Shown piece by piece: positions 17,829 to 27,566 of a stretch of DNA of 64,000 nt. Both the position numbers and the translations under genes were made by a program. Origin of the DNA: Candidatus Planktophila sp. (GTDB lineage Bacteria; Actinomycetota; Actinomycetes; Nanopelagicales; Nanopelagicaceae); assembly GCA_044340015.1 (NCBI GenBank), contig JBIIUL010000001.1, positions 1,151-65,150 of the forward strand, read 5' to 3'. How positions within the stretch are numbered: the stretch's first letter is position 1; the number at the start of each line of letters is the position of its first letter. Under the pieces are notes generated by a model. It worked only from the letters and a program-made list of their open reading frames with translations, did no database searches and had not been told where the DNA came from.

Positions 17829-18200
17829 ATGGCACTTTCCGATCGCGAATTACGCTTGCTAGCCGAGATGGAGCAGGCGCTATCAGCTGATGACCCAGCT
17901 CTCGTCTCCACGCTTTCGGGTACTCGCCGTCGGGGCCCAGGCGCTGCAATTGGCGTGGTCGCTCTCATCGTAGGAATCGCCACCCTATTTGCCGGCCTTA
18001 TCGCTCAAGTAACAGTCGTCGGAGTAATCGGCTTTATCTTCGCCCTTGTAGGCGTAATCGTCTTAGCCAATGCGATCTCAGCTGCAGCAGCAAGCGGCGC
18101 TCGCCCAGCTGCCTTTGCAAAGCGCCCACGCGGCAAAGGCTTTGGAAAGGGCTTTACCCAAGGCTTTGAAGATCGTTGGGATCAACGCAATAACGGCTAA
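17829..18200 (+). CDS. DUF3040 membrane protein
   Basis: MALSDRELRLLAEMEQALSADDP, two TM helices, EDRWD tail. Typical position upstream of mraZ. TATTGT-6nt-ATG leaderless start. Confidence 0.85.
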   Translation: MALSDRELRLLAEMEQALSADDPALVSTLSGTRRRGPGAAIGVVALIVGIATLFAGLIAQVTVVGVIGFIFALVGVIVLANAISAAAASGARPAAFAKRPRGKGFGKGFTQGFEDRWDQRNNG

Positions 18201-18222
18201 CCGCCGCTAAATATCATCATCC

Positions 18223-18250
18223 AAGCCCTCGCTCACGCGGGGGCTTTTTT
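18223..18250 (+). terminator. Intrinsic terminator
   Basis: AAGCCCTCGC-TCAC-GCGGGGGCTT followed by a T tract. Confidence 0.85.
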
Positions 18251-18274
18251 CTTGCCTATTTGCGAGCAAAACAG

Positions 18275-18353
18275 GTGGGGAGGCGTGGGGAGAAGGTGGG
18301 GGAAAGGTGGCGGAGGGTGGTTGAAAAAGGAGGAAAGTGGAGTAAAGTGGGGG
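18275..18353 (+). promoter_or_regulatory. MraZ-binding direct-repeat array (GTGG boxes)
   Basis: GTGG at 18275, 18285, 18296, 18307, 18317, 18337 and 18347 (~10-bp period) upstream of mraZ. Confidence 0.8.
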
Positions 18354-18406
18354 ATTAAGCGGGAGTTGCCGCTTACAAGAGTCCTCGGGGAAGGGGGTTC
18401 GCAAAG

Positions 18407-18838
18407 ATGTTTCTCGGTACCCACGAACCTCGCCTTGATGAAAAGGGCCGCCTAATCCTTCCCGCAAAATTCCGCGAAGAACTCTCTGCAGGTTTAGTAA
18501 TTACAAAAGGACAAGAACGTTGTCTCTACGTTTTTCCATCTGCTGAATTTGCAACTATCACCGAAACACTGCGCCAGGCACCAGTTACATCAAAGAATGC
18601 GCGCGACTACATGCGCGTGATGTTTGCCGGCGCGCACGATGAAATTCCTGATCGCCAAGGTCGCGTAACTATTCCTGCAGGACTTCGTACATATGCAGGT
18701 CTTGAAAAAGATTGCGTTGTTATCGGTGCAAATACTCGCGTTGAAATTTGGGATAACGCAGCTTGGAACTCTTATTTAACAGATCGTGAAAAGGGCTTTG
18801 CCGAGGTTTCAGAGGAGATTTTTCCGGGTCTCTTCTGA
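18407..18838 (+). CDS. mraZ: Division/cell-wall cluster repressor MraZ
   Basis: MFLGTH..LDEKGRL.LP, DRQGRV.IP, RVEIW. Confidence 0.97.
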   Translation: MFLGTHEPRLDEKGRLILPAKFREELSAGLVITKGQERCLYVFPSAEFATITETLRQAPVTSKNARDYMRVMFAGAHDEIPDRQGRVTIPAGLRTYAGLEKDCVVIGANTRVEIWDNAAWNSYLTDREKGFAEVSEEIFPGLF

Positions 18839-18845
18839 GAAAAAT

Positions 18846-18871
18846 TAAAACAACTTAATAAAACAACTTAA
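18846..18871 (+). repeat. 13-bp tandem repeat TAAAACAACTTAA x2
   Basis: Read directly from the sequence between the mraZ stop and the mraW RNA. Confidence 0.8.
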
Positions 18872-18876
18872 TAGCG

Positions 18877-18977
18877 CTCTCATCTGTGGCCACCGCCGAC
18901 CTAAAGCCGGCAGCGACACCCCTTCCCCGGTGTCGCTTTCGTTAGATCCGTCGGCCGGCGGTGACCAGAGATGAGAG
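18877..18977 (+). ncRNA. mraW RNA motif (cis-regulatory hairpin)
   Basis: AGCGACACC-CCTTCCCC-GGTGTCGCT terminal hairpin with the CUUCCCC loop, inside a long stem (CTCTCATCT...AGATGAGAG), between mraZ and rsmH/mraW. Confidence 0.85.
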
Positions 18978-19029
18978 ATGAAGTCGAAGAAGTAAATGCG
19001 AGATAACTAGTTAAGAACAGGGGGAGTAT

Positions 19030-19986
19030 ATGAACGATGCAAGTACGCAACATATTTCAGTAATGCTTGATCGTTGCATTGAACTTCTCTCTCCAACAAT
19101 TTCACTAAATCAATCTCCAGTAATCGTTGATTGCACACTTGGTCTAGGCGGTCACACCGAAGCCCTCCTTGAAAAGTTTCCTACTCTTACTGTTATCGGA
19201 ATTGATCGTGATCCAATCGCCTTAGAACGAGCATCTGCCCGACTTGCTCGCTTCGGAGATCGCTTCAAAGCAAACCATGCAATCTTCGATCGCATCGATG
19301 AAGTTGTTGCTAGCCATGGCTACACAAGCGTTAACGGCGTCCTGTTTGATCTCGGCGTTTCATCTATTCAATTAGATGAAGTAGATCGCGGTTTTTCATA
19401 TTCACAAGATGCACCACTTGATATGCGCATGGATCGCACTCGCGGGATTACCGCTTCAGAGATTGTAAACACCTATGCTCCTGGCGCACTTGTAAAGATC
19501 TTGCGTGCCTATGGCGAAGAAAAGTTTGCAACAAGAATCGTTGAAAACATTGTTAAAGCACGCGCGAAAGCACCACTTAACTCAACTCAAGAACTTGCAA
19601 CCTTAGTTAAAGAGAGCATTCCTGCTGCAACCCGCCGCACAGGTGGCAATCCAGCAAAGCGCACCTTCCAAGCACTTCGCATCGAAGCCAATGACGAGCT
19701 CGGTGCAATCACGCGCGCAATACCTGTTGCCCTTGATCTCCTGATGGTTGGGGGACGCGTAGTTGTTCTCTCCTTCCAATCGCTTGAAGACCGCATCGTT
19801 AAAGAGATTTTTGTTGAGCGTTCGACTTCAAAGACGCCACGTGATCTTCCAGTTGATCTTCCTGAATTTGCTGCGAAGTTTGCACTTGTTTCCAAATCAG
19901 GTGAAACGCCTTCCGATCAAGAGTTAGCTAACAATCCGCGTTCGGCATCGGTTCGTTTACGTGCGATCGAAAGGGTGGCTGCTTAA
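19030..19986 (+). CDS. rsmH: 16S rRNA m4C1402 methyltransferase
   Basis: HISVM, DCTLGLGGH, DLGVSS.QLD..RGFS, TFQALRI, NPRS.S. Confidence 0.97.
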   Translation: MNDASTQHISVMLDRCIELLSPTISLNQSPVIVDCTLGLGGHTEALLEKFPTLTVIGIDRDPIALERASARLARFGDRFKANHAIFDRIDEVVASHGYTSVNGVLFDLGVSSIQLDEVDRGFSYSQDAPLDMRMDRTRGITASEIVNTYAPGALVKILRAYGEEKFATRIVENIVKARAKAPLNSTQELATLVKESIPAATRRTGGNPAKRTFQALRIEANDELGAITRAIPVALDLLMVGGRVVVLSFQSLEDRIVKEIFVERSTSKTPRDLPVDLPEFAAKFALVSKSGETPSDQELANNPRSASVRLRAIERVAA

Positions 19987-20418
19987 ATGGCACTTACCCA
20001 GACGATTTCAACTCGCGCCCCACGTGCTCCGCGCCAGACGCTCTCCGAGAAATCAGCAGAAGTCTTTTTAAAGTTAGTACCGAATGTTTCTGATGGCGCC
20101 CAAGCTACTCATCGCTTCTTTGCAACCTTCTTATCAGCTGTTGCCGGTATCGGACTGCTGATGCTGCTCGTAGTAAATATCTTGCTAGCACAAGATGCCT
20201 TTACGCTCTCAGAGTTAAAGGCAGAGGCAAAGATCGTGGCAGACCAACGCGAGGCAATTAATCGCCAGATTGATCTCGCATCATCTCCAGAAGCACTTGC
20301 CAAGAAAGCAACAGAATTGGGAATGCGACCATCTGAATCTCCAGTATTCCTAAACCTGACACCGGTTGCAGATTCCGTAAATAACGACGTAGCTAATGGA
20401 GATGTGGCCCGTGGGTAA
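19987..20418 (+). CDS. ftsL: Cell division protein FtsL-like
   Basis: Single TM plus coiled coil, SPEALAKKATELGM. Lies between rsmH and ftsI. Confidence 0.75.
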   Translation: MALTQTISTRAPRAPRQTLSEKSAEVFLKLVPNVSDGAQATHRFFATFLSAVAGIGLLMLLVVNILLAQDAFTLSELKAEAKIVADQREAINRQIDLASSPEALAKKATELGMRPSESPVFLNLTPVADSVNNDVANGDVARG

Positions 20419-22234
20419 TTTAAATCTGGCAGCATCTCGCATCCGCATACTCATTGTCTTTATCTTGATCTTCTTCCTACTCTTTGCGGCGCGCTTGATT
20501 CAGATCCAAGCGATTCAGGCAAGCGACTATCGGGCAAAGGCTGCCAACGAGATGGAGTCAACACGTGCGATTCCAGCAGCGCGCGGTGAAATTACAGATA
20601 TAAATGGCACCCCATTTGCCCGCAGCGTCTCAGCGATAAATATTGTTGTTGACCAAACACTGATTACCGATGCCGCGGCAACTGCAAACTTTTCCGCTCC
20701 AATTCTTGGCATGACAGTTGCTCAGGTACAGAGCGCAATATCTGGCACCAAGCGATATTCAATGGTCCTACGCAGCGCCAAGCCTGCGATCTGGCGTACC
20801 TTGAGCGATTCGATAGATGCGCATAATGCGGCGCTATCCAAAGAGAATTTCGATAAGCGAATTTTAGGTTTCTTCGCAGAACGTAACTTCATCCGTGAAT
20901 ATCCATCAGGATCACTGGTTTCTTCACTAGTCGGCTTCGTTCGCCAAGATGGAATAGGTGCTACCGGCCTTGAATCAAGTATGAACTCGCTGATATCTGG
21001 AACTGATGGTCGCTACTCATATGCACGTGGCTTAGGTGCAGAAATCCCTGGATCGCAGAATGAAATTGTTGCGGCCAAGAAAGGCACAACGGTTCGCTTA
21101 ACAATTGATCGCGATGTGCAATGGGTTGCAGCGCAAGCGATTCAAGAAGCCGTTTCTAAAGCTCGTGCATCTAGCGGAACAGTAATCGTGATGGATCCAA
21201 AGACTGGCCATATTTTGGCTCACGCAACTGCACCAACTTTTGATCCCAATAACACTAAGACTGTTTCCCAATCATTAATGCGAAATCCTTCGGTACAAGA
21301 TGTTTATGAGCCAGGTTCAACCGGAAAGATTATGACCCTAGCGGCAGCGCTAGAAGAGAAGAAGGTAACTCCCGAGACTGTTTTATCGGTTCCATATTCG
21401 CTAAAGCGTGGGGGAGACACCTTCCACGACCACGAGCGCCATCCAGTTCAATATCTAACAACCTCTGGAATCTTGGCGGTATCTTCAAATACCGGCACGA
21501 TAAAAATTGGCGAAATGCTATCGAATGAAAAACTCCATAACTACCTAACAAAGTTTGGGATTGGCGTTTCAACAGGATCAGGGCTACCTGGCGAATCTAA
21601 AGGGCTATTTCGTCCCGTAAGTGATTGGTCTGGAACTACAGCTCCTACTGTTGCATTCGGTCAGGGATATTCAGTTACTGCCATGCAAGCAACCAGCATC
21701 TTTGCAACTATCGCAAATGATGGCGTGCGGGTATCTCCAACTGTTATCGCCGGAACAAGTGATCCATCTGGGAAATTTACCGAAGCTAATGCGCGTACGA
21801 CAGAAAGAGTGGTTAGCGCAAAGACTGCACAACAGGTTCGTTTAATGATGGAATCAGTAGTTTCTGGACATGGAACCGCGCCAAGTGCAGCGATACCTGG
21901 TTACCGCGTTGCCGGTAAGACCGGAACTGCAGAGCGCTATAACGTTGAATGTGGTTGCTACAGCGGCTACACCGCTTCATTTATTGGATTCGCCCCTGCC
22001 GATGCTCCTGAGTATGTAGTTAGCGTGACTATTCAAGATCCAAAGGGCGCGTACTACGGTGGTTCACTCGGTGGACCAGTATTTAAAAAGGTTATGACAT
22101 TTGTATTGCAGTCAGAACATGTGGCACCAACCGGAACAAAGGTTCTTCCCGTTGCGCTTACTCAAGCAGAACTACGCCAGAAAGAACGTCGTGAAAAAGC
22201 GTCAACGACTCAGGCGAGTTTAAAGAGTAGATAA
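20411..22234 (+). CDS. ftsI: Septal transpeptidase PBP3
   Basis: RGEITD, EPGSTGK (SxxK), SSN, GKTGTA. Start estimated at GTG 20411. Confidence 0.95.
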   Translation: MGNLNLAASRIRILIVFILIFFLLFAARLIQIQAIQASDYRAKAANEMESTRAIPAARGEITDINGTPFARSVSAINIVVDQTLITDAAATANFSAPILGMTVAQVQSAISGTKRYSMVLRSAKPAIWRTLSDSIDAHNAALSKENFDKRILGFFAERNFIREYPSGSLVSSLVGFVRQDGIGATGLESSMNSLISGTDGRYSYARGLGAEIPGSQNEIVAAKKGTTVRLTIDRDVQWVAAQAIQEAVSKARASSGTVIVMDPKTGHILAHATAPTFDPNNTKTVSQSLMRNPSVQDVYEPGSTGKIMTLAAALEEKKVTPETVLSVPYSLKRGGDTFHDHERHPVQYLTTSGILAVSSNTGTIKIGEMLSNEKLHNYLTKFGIGVSTGSGLPGESKGLFRPVSDWSGTTAPTVAFGQGYSVTAMQATSIFATIANDGVRVSPTVIAGTSDPSGKFTEANARTTERVVSAKTAQQVRLMMESVVSGHGTAPSAAIPGYRVAGKTGTAERYNVECGCYSGYTASFIGFAPADAPEYVVSVTIQDPKGAYYGGSLGGPVFKKVMTFVLQSEHVAPTGTKVLPVALTQAELRQKERREKASTTQASLKSR

Positions 22235-23727
22235 TGCGTCCCTTTAGCCAGAGCACTTTAAAGTTATCGAAGGTCGCTGGTGCTGTCTCTGCAAACTGCG
22301 AATTAAGCGAAGCGGAACTTTCAAGAATTGAAATCTCTGGTGTAACTCATAACGATTCTCAAGTAGAACCTGGTGATCTCTTTATTGCTATACCAGGTGC
22401 TAATCGCCACGGTGCAGAGTTTGCAATGAGCGCAGTAAGTAAAGGCGCGGTGGCAGTTTTAACCGATAGCGCAGGAGCTGCGCACGTTAAGGGAGTGCCA
22501 GTTCTAGTTGTGGCTGATCCTCGTCGGGTCGCAGGGCATATCGCAGCGCTGCTCTACAACGAACCTATGCGCGATCTAGCAAGTATCGGAATAACCGGAA
22601 CAAATGGAAAGACCACCGTCTCAACTTTGATTTATCAAATATTTGAAGCCGCTGGTCGTGATTGTGGATTAATCGGAACGATCGAAACTCGTATCGGTAA
22701 AGATGCAGTAGTTAGTTCGCGAACTACTCCTGAAGCAACTGACCTACAAGCGCTCTCGGCGGTGATGCGCGAGCGCCATATGCGACATCTTGTTATGGAA
22801 GTCTCTAGCCATGCGATGGTTCTACATCGCATGCAGGGTGCGCACTTTGCCTTTGTAGGTTTTACAAACCTAACTCAAGATCATCTAGATTTTCATGGAG
22901 ATATGGATAGCTACTTTGCAGCCAAAGCCAATCTCTTTACCTATGACTTTGCAGATCAAGCGGTTATCAATATAGATAGTGAATATGGCGCACGTTTGGC
23001 AGATACAACAGAAATTCCGGTGATTTCACTTTCTAGGCTGAATCCACAAGCGACTTGGCACTATACGGAGATTGATACCTCCGGTAAGCAAGTGCATTTC
23101 AAAGTTCGCGGTTCAGGAGGGATTCTTATCGAATCCTCAACAAAACTTCGCGGTGGCTACAACCTAGATAATCTATTAATGGCGATTGCCATAGCGGTCG
23201 AATCTGGCGTAGATCCGATTGATATTGCAGCCGCACTTCCTGCATTGTCTGGTGCAGCAGGTCGTCTAGAAGAGGTAAGCGTTGGTCAGAGCTATTCGGC
23301 TTTTGTCGATTACGCACATACGCCAGATGCAGTCTCTAACGTGCTCGAATCAATACGTGAATTTACAACTGGCAAAGTTATTGCGGTGCTTGGCTGTGGT
23401 GGGGATCGCGATGCCACAAAACGTCCCTTAATGGGGCATGCGCTTCTAAAGGGTTGCGATATCGCAATCTTTACCAGCGATAACCCGCGATCTGAAGATC
23501 CAAACCTAATTCTCAAGGAGATGGTTGGTAACTTAAAAGTTTCTGATCCAGCGAGAGTTATTGAAGATCGCAAGAGCGCGATTGAGTATGCAGTATCTCT
23601 GGCGTCAAACGGCGACACAATTGCAATCTTGGGTAAGGGGCACGAGCTCGGACAAGAGATCGATGGAAAGAAATTAGAATTTGATGATCGTAAGGTTCTG
23701 GCAGAAGCGATTGCAGGTTTGAAATGA
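22234..23727 (+). CDS. murE: UDP-MurNAc-tripeptide synthetase (DAP type)
   Basis: GTNGKTT, TTPE, MEVSSH, DYAHTPD, DNPR. Confidence 0.96.
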   Translation: MRPFSQSTLKLSKVAGAVSANCELSEAELSRIEISGVTHNDSQVEPGDLFIAIPGANRHGAEFAMSAVSKGAVAVLTDSAGAAHVKGVPVLVVADPRRVAGHIAALLYNEPMRDLASIGITGTNGKTTVSTLIYQIFEAAGRDCGLIGTIETRIGKDAVVSSRTTPEATDLQALSAVMRERHMRHLVMEVSSHAMVLHRMQGAHFAFVGFTNLTQDHLDFHGDMDSYFAAKANLFTYDFADQAVINIDSEYGARLADTTEIPVISLSRLNPQATWHYTEIDTSGKQVHFKVRGSGGILIESSTKLRGGYNLDNLLMAIAIAVESGVDPIDIAAALPALSGAAGRLEEVSVGQSYSAFVDYAHTPDAVSNVLESIREFTTGKVIAVLGCGGDRDATKRPLMGHALLKGCDIAIFTSDNPRSEDPNLILKEMVGNLKVSDPARVIEDRKSAIEYAVSLASNGDTIAILGKGHELGQEIDGKKLEFDDRKVLAEAIAGLK

Positions 23728-25109
23728 TTGCGCTTAAGGCATCAGAGATCGCCAAGATCGTTGGCGGAGAATTAATCGGTGGCGACACAACCGTTACCAC
23801 AGCGCCAGCATTTAACTCTAGCCAAGCAACCGAGGGGTCAATCTTTCTCGCTCTCGTTGGCGAGAAAACCGATGGCCACAAATTTGTTTCAGATGCCTTT
23901 GCGCACGGTGCAGTTCTCGCCTTTGTAACTGTCGAAGTTCCCGAACGCTGCATAGTTGTAAAGGATGTTCTTGCTGCTCTTAACTCACTAGCGTCACACG
24001 TTCGCCAGGCGCTTCCCGAGCTTAAGGTAATTGCGCTAACTGGGTCGCAAGGAAAAACGACAACGAAAGATTTACTACGCCACATTCTGGAAACTGTCGC
24101 ACCTACCGTGGCCCCGGCCGGAAACTTTAATAACGAACTAGGCGCTCCAATCACCTTGTTGCAATGTAATGAGAAGACCAGATTCTGCATACTGGAAATG
24201 GGAGCACGTCACGTTGGTGACATCGCAAAGTTGTGCAAGATGGCTACTCCGGATATCGGGGTAGTTCTCCGAGTCGGTACTGCGCATGTTGGTGAATTTG
24301 GTTCTGAAGAGTTAGTTGCTAAAGCTAAATCCGAAATGATCTCTTCCCTTAGAGATTCCGCGATATCCGTACTCGGTCAATACGATCAGTACACACCAGC
24401 GATGGCTTCCCTTCACAACGGCACGACGGTGACATTTGGCGAGACAAATAGTGCAGATGTGCGCGCCACTGATATTGAAATTCGTGAGGGCCGCCCGCAC
24501 TTTGATTTAGTAACCCCAGCTGGTCGCGCCTCGGTTGCCTTAAGAATTATTGGAATCCATCAAGTAGCGAATGCTCTTGCCGCGGCGGCGATAGCAACTA
24601 ACCTAAATATCTCAATTGATCTAATTGCCGGTGCGCTGTCGACCGCCGAACTTCACAGCAAGTGGCGGATGGATATTTCAGAGCTAGATGGGCTTGTTTT
24701 AATCAATGATTCTTACAATTCAAGTCCTGAGTCGGCCGAGGCGGCGCTACGGACTCTGGTGCTCTTTGCCCAAGAACGTGGCGGGCAATCATGGGCTTTC
24801 TTAGGAAAGATGCACGAACTCGGCGCGTCATCGCCGCAACACCATTCACGACTTGGCACCCTTGCTTCAGAGTTAGGGATTGATCACCTCGTCTGCGTGG
24901 GTTCTCCAGAGTATGCCGCTCAGATCAACGAGTCGGGCGCTACAACAGTTCACTTATTCGACTCTAAAGAGTTGGCAGCCGAACTAGTTAGTCAGATGAG
25001 CCAAGGGGATGTAGTTCTAGTTAAAGCATCTCGAGCCGAAAAGTTTGAGGAAGTTGCAGATTTAATTGCTGGAAAATGGAATAGTCGTGAAGTTGGGGGA
25101 GAGAGTTAA
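23724..25109 (+). CDS. murF: UDP-MurNAc-pentapeptide synthetase
   Basis: TGSQGKTTTKD, FNNELG.P, EMG, NDSYN, KASR. Confidence 0.96.
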   Translation: MIALKASEIAKIVGGELIGGDTTVTTAPAFNSSQATEGSIFLALVGEKTDGHKFVSDAFAHGAVLAFVTVEVPERCIVVKDVLAALNSLASHVRQALPELKVIALTGSQGKTTTKDLLRHILETVAPTVAPAGNFNNELGAPITLLQCNEKTRFCILEMGARHVGDIAKLCKMATPDIGVVLRVGTAHVGEFGSEELVAKAKSEMISSLRDSAISVLGQYDQYTPAMASLHNGTTVTFGETNSADVRATDIEIREGRPHFDLVTPAGRASVALRIIGIHQVANALAAAAIATNLNISIDLIAGALSTAELHSKWRMDISELDGLVLINDSYNSSPESAEAALRTLVLFAQERGGQSWAFLGKMHELGASSPQHHSRLGTLASELGIDHLVCVGSPEYAAQINESGATTVHLFDSKELAAELVSQMSQGDVVLVKASRAEKFEEVADLIAGKWNSREVGGES

Positions 25110-26168
25110 ATGAGAGAGATTCTGATCGCTGGTTCGATCGCTTTATTCTTATCTCTCTTCGGAACCCCTGGATTAATTCGCATACTTGCGCGCCGCGGAT
25201 ACGGTCAGATTATTCGAGATGATGGCCCTTCATCACATCACACAAAGCGCGGGACGCCAACAATGGGCGGCATCATCATAATCTTCGCATCAGCTCTCGG
25301 ATATTTTATTGCTCACGGAATTACCCAAAATGCAGTAACAACCTCCGCGCTCTTAGTTCTAGGTCTGATGTTCGGTCTTGGATTTGTTGGCTTCCTAGAT
25401 GATTGGCTAAAGGTTTCTCGCCAGAAGTCACTTGGCTTAAATGCCAAACAGAAGATATTTGGACAGATTGTCGTTGCTGCAACTTTTGCTTATCTAGGAA
25501 CTCTTTTTCCAGATCGTGATGGGTTGACTCCAATTTCACAGAACTTATCTACAGTTCGCGACACTTCAATTACCTTAGGAACTACCTTGGTAGTTATCTG
25601 GGTGATCATCATGGTTACTGCAACTAGTAACGGCGTTAACCTGACAGATGGTTTAGATGGGTTAGCTACGGGCGCTGCGGTAATGACCTTCATCGCCTTT
25701 ATCTTGATCGGCGTTTGGGAATTTGGTCAGAGCTGCGCTGTTTCACCTGGCGCTAACTGTTATCTCGTTCGAGATCCACTGGATATCGCAGTCTTATCCG
25801 CAGCAATGGCCGGGGCCTGTGCTGGCTTTCTCTGGTGGAACGCTTCGCCAGCAAAGATATTTATGGGAGATACCGGTTCGCTCGCACTTGGTGGCGCCCT
25901 CGCAGGTATCGCAACAACTTTGCGAATTGAACTGCTGTTAATCCCACTTGGTGGCTTATTTGTAATTATTAGCGCATCAGTGATTCTCCAAGTTGCTTAC
26001 TTTAAAATTACTGGTGGAAAGCGCATCTTTAAGATGGCCCCGTTGCAACATCACTTCGAACTAATGGGTTGGGGTGAAGTAACGATTGTGCTTCGCTTCT
26101 GGATCATCGCTGGCGTTTGCGTCGCTGCTGGCCTAGGACTCTTCTATGCGCAATGGGTTACGGCATAA
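25110..26168 (+). CDS. mraY: Phospho-MurNAc-pentapeptide transferase
   Basis: [34 protein letters not shown]. Confidence 0.97.
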   Translation: MREILIAGSIALFLSLFGTPGLIRILARRGYGQIIRDDGPSSHHTKRGTPTMGGIIIIFASALGYFIAHGITQNAVTTSALLVLGLMFGLGFVGFLDDWLKVSRQKSLGLNAKQKIFGQIVVAATFAYLGTLFPDRDGLTPISQNLSTVRDTSITLGTTLVVIWVIIMVTATSNGVNLTDGLDGLATGAAVMTFIAFILIGVWEFGQSCAVSPGANCYLVRDPLDIAVLSAAMAGACAGFLWWNASPAKIFMGDTGSLALGGALAGIATTLRIELLLIPLGGLFVIISASVILQVAYFKITGGKRIFKMAPLQHHFELMGWGEVTIVLRFWIIAGVCVAAGLGLFYAQWVTA

Positions 26169-26180
26169 GGCTGATTAGAA

Positions 26181-27566
26181 ATGGCTATAAATTTATCGGG
26201 CGAGAGTGTTTTGATCCTTGGCGCCGGAGTTACCGGAATAGCAGTTGCCAGATCACTCAGCGCTAAAGGCGCATCAATTCTCTTCGCTGATGATCAAGTT
26301 GAATCAGTAGATGGCTTTAAGGTTTTAAAGTCAGATCAAATAGAAGTAGATGGATTCTCTTTTGTTGTTATCTCTCCAGGCTGGAAAGAGAGCCATCCAC
26401 TAATCGTTAAAGCACAAGCCGCTGGTATTCGTTTGGTGAACGAGATTGATCTGGCTTGGTCATTTCGCACAGAACTCGTGCCTGGTCAAAAGTGGATCGC
26501 CTTGACTGGAACCAATGGCAAGACGACAACGGTCGAAATGGCGGCAGCGATGCTTCGCGCAGGTGGAGTTTCAGCGATCGCCTGCGGAAATGTAGGCACC
26601 ACGGTTATTGAAAGCGTAGAGAGCAGCGAGAAGTACGAAGTACTAGTGCTGGAACTCTCATCTTTCCAGCTGCACTGGTTAAAAGAAGCAAGTTTTGTGG
26701 CTGCGGCAATTTTAAATATCGCTCATGACCATCTTGATTGGCATGGCACCTTCGCTGAGTATGCGCGCGTTAAGGGATCTATTTTAGATCGCACATCTAC
26801 CGGTGTCTTTAACTCCGCAGATTTAGAAGTTGTAAACCAAGCATCCCATTGGCAGGGACGAAAAGTCTTTTTCTCACTTGATACTCCAGCGCCCGGTGAA
26901 ATCGGGGTGGTTGAGGATTTATTGGTAGATCGTGCATTTGTCAGCGATCCGCAGGAAGCTGCGATGCTGGCTGAAGTAATTGATGTAAAACCTACCGTTC
27001 CACATAACGTGGCAAATGCTTTAGCTGCTGCAGGGTTGGTTCGCGCCCTAGGAGTTGCTCCAGAAGCAGTACGCAGTGCGCTTCAAGAATTCTCATTGGG
27101 TAGACATCGCATTGAAGAAGTTGCGAATGTAAATGGCGTCTCCTGGGTAAATGATTCCAAGGCTACAAACCCTCATGCAGCGGCTGCATCGCTGAACTCT
27201 TCACTATCTTCTATCTGGATCGCAGGTGGTTTAGCTAAAGGTTCCGAAATGCGCGAACTTATCGCTAAGTGCAAATCAAGAATTAAAGTTGCAATTCTTA
27301 TCGGTACCGATCGCGAGCTAATTGCCGATGAACTACGTACGCAAGCACCGGAAATTGAAATCGTATACATCGATGCGCCAAACACCTATCAGCGAGGCGG
27401 AACAGATAATTCACTGATGGAGGCTGTCGTTAAGGCTGCCGCCGAACGAGCTAAAGAAGGGGACCGAGTCTTGCTCGCTCCAGCTTGTGCATCAATGGAT
27501 CAATTCATCTCCTACTCCGATCGCGGAGATAGGTTTGCGGCAGCAGTTAAGAAAGTAGTCCAATGA
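26181..27566 (+). CDS. murD: UDP-MurNAc-L-Ala:D-Glu ligase
   Basis: TGTNGKTT, ELSSFQL, DHLDWH, NDSKATN, APACASMDQF. Confidence 0.96.
   Translation: MAINLSGESVLILGAGVTGIAVARSLSAKGASILFADDQVESVDGFKVLKSDQIEVDGFSFVVISPGWKESHPLIVKAQAAGIRLVNEIDLAWSFRTELVPGQKWIALTGTNGKTTTVEMAAAMLRAGGVSAIACGNVGTTVIESVESSEKYEVLVLELSSFQLHWLKEASFVAAAILNIAHDHLDWHGTFAEYARVKGSILDRTSTGVFNSADLEVVNQASHWQGRKVFFSLDTPAPGEIGVVEDLLVDRAFVSDPQEAAMLAEVIDVKPTVPHNVANALAAAGLVRALGVAPEAVRSALQEFSLGRHRIEEVANVNGVSWVNDSKATNPHAAAASLNSSLSSIWIAGGLAKGSEMRELIAKCKSRIKVAILIGTDRELIADELRTQAPEIEIVYIDAPNTYQRGGTDNSLMEAVVKAAAERAKEGDRVLLAPACASMDQFISYSDRGDRFAAAVKKVVQ

Noticed and set aside
18207-18467. Three short ORFs across the mraZ promoter
   Set aside because: They arise from the G-rich MraZ-box array and a terminator, with low-complexity Pro/Gly translations.
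23558-24190. Long antisense ORFs within dcw, his and glt genes (e.g. the 210-aa ORF opposite murE/murF)
   Set aside because: Typical shadow ORFs opposite conserved genes, with no motifs or start signals.
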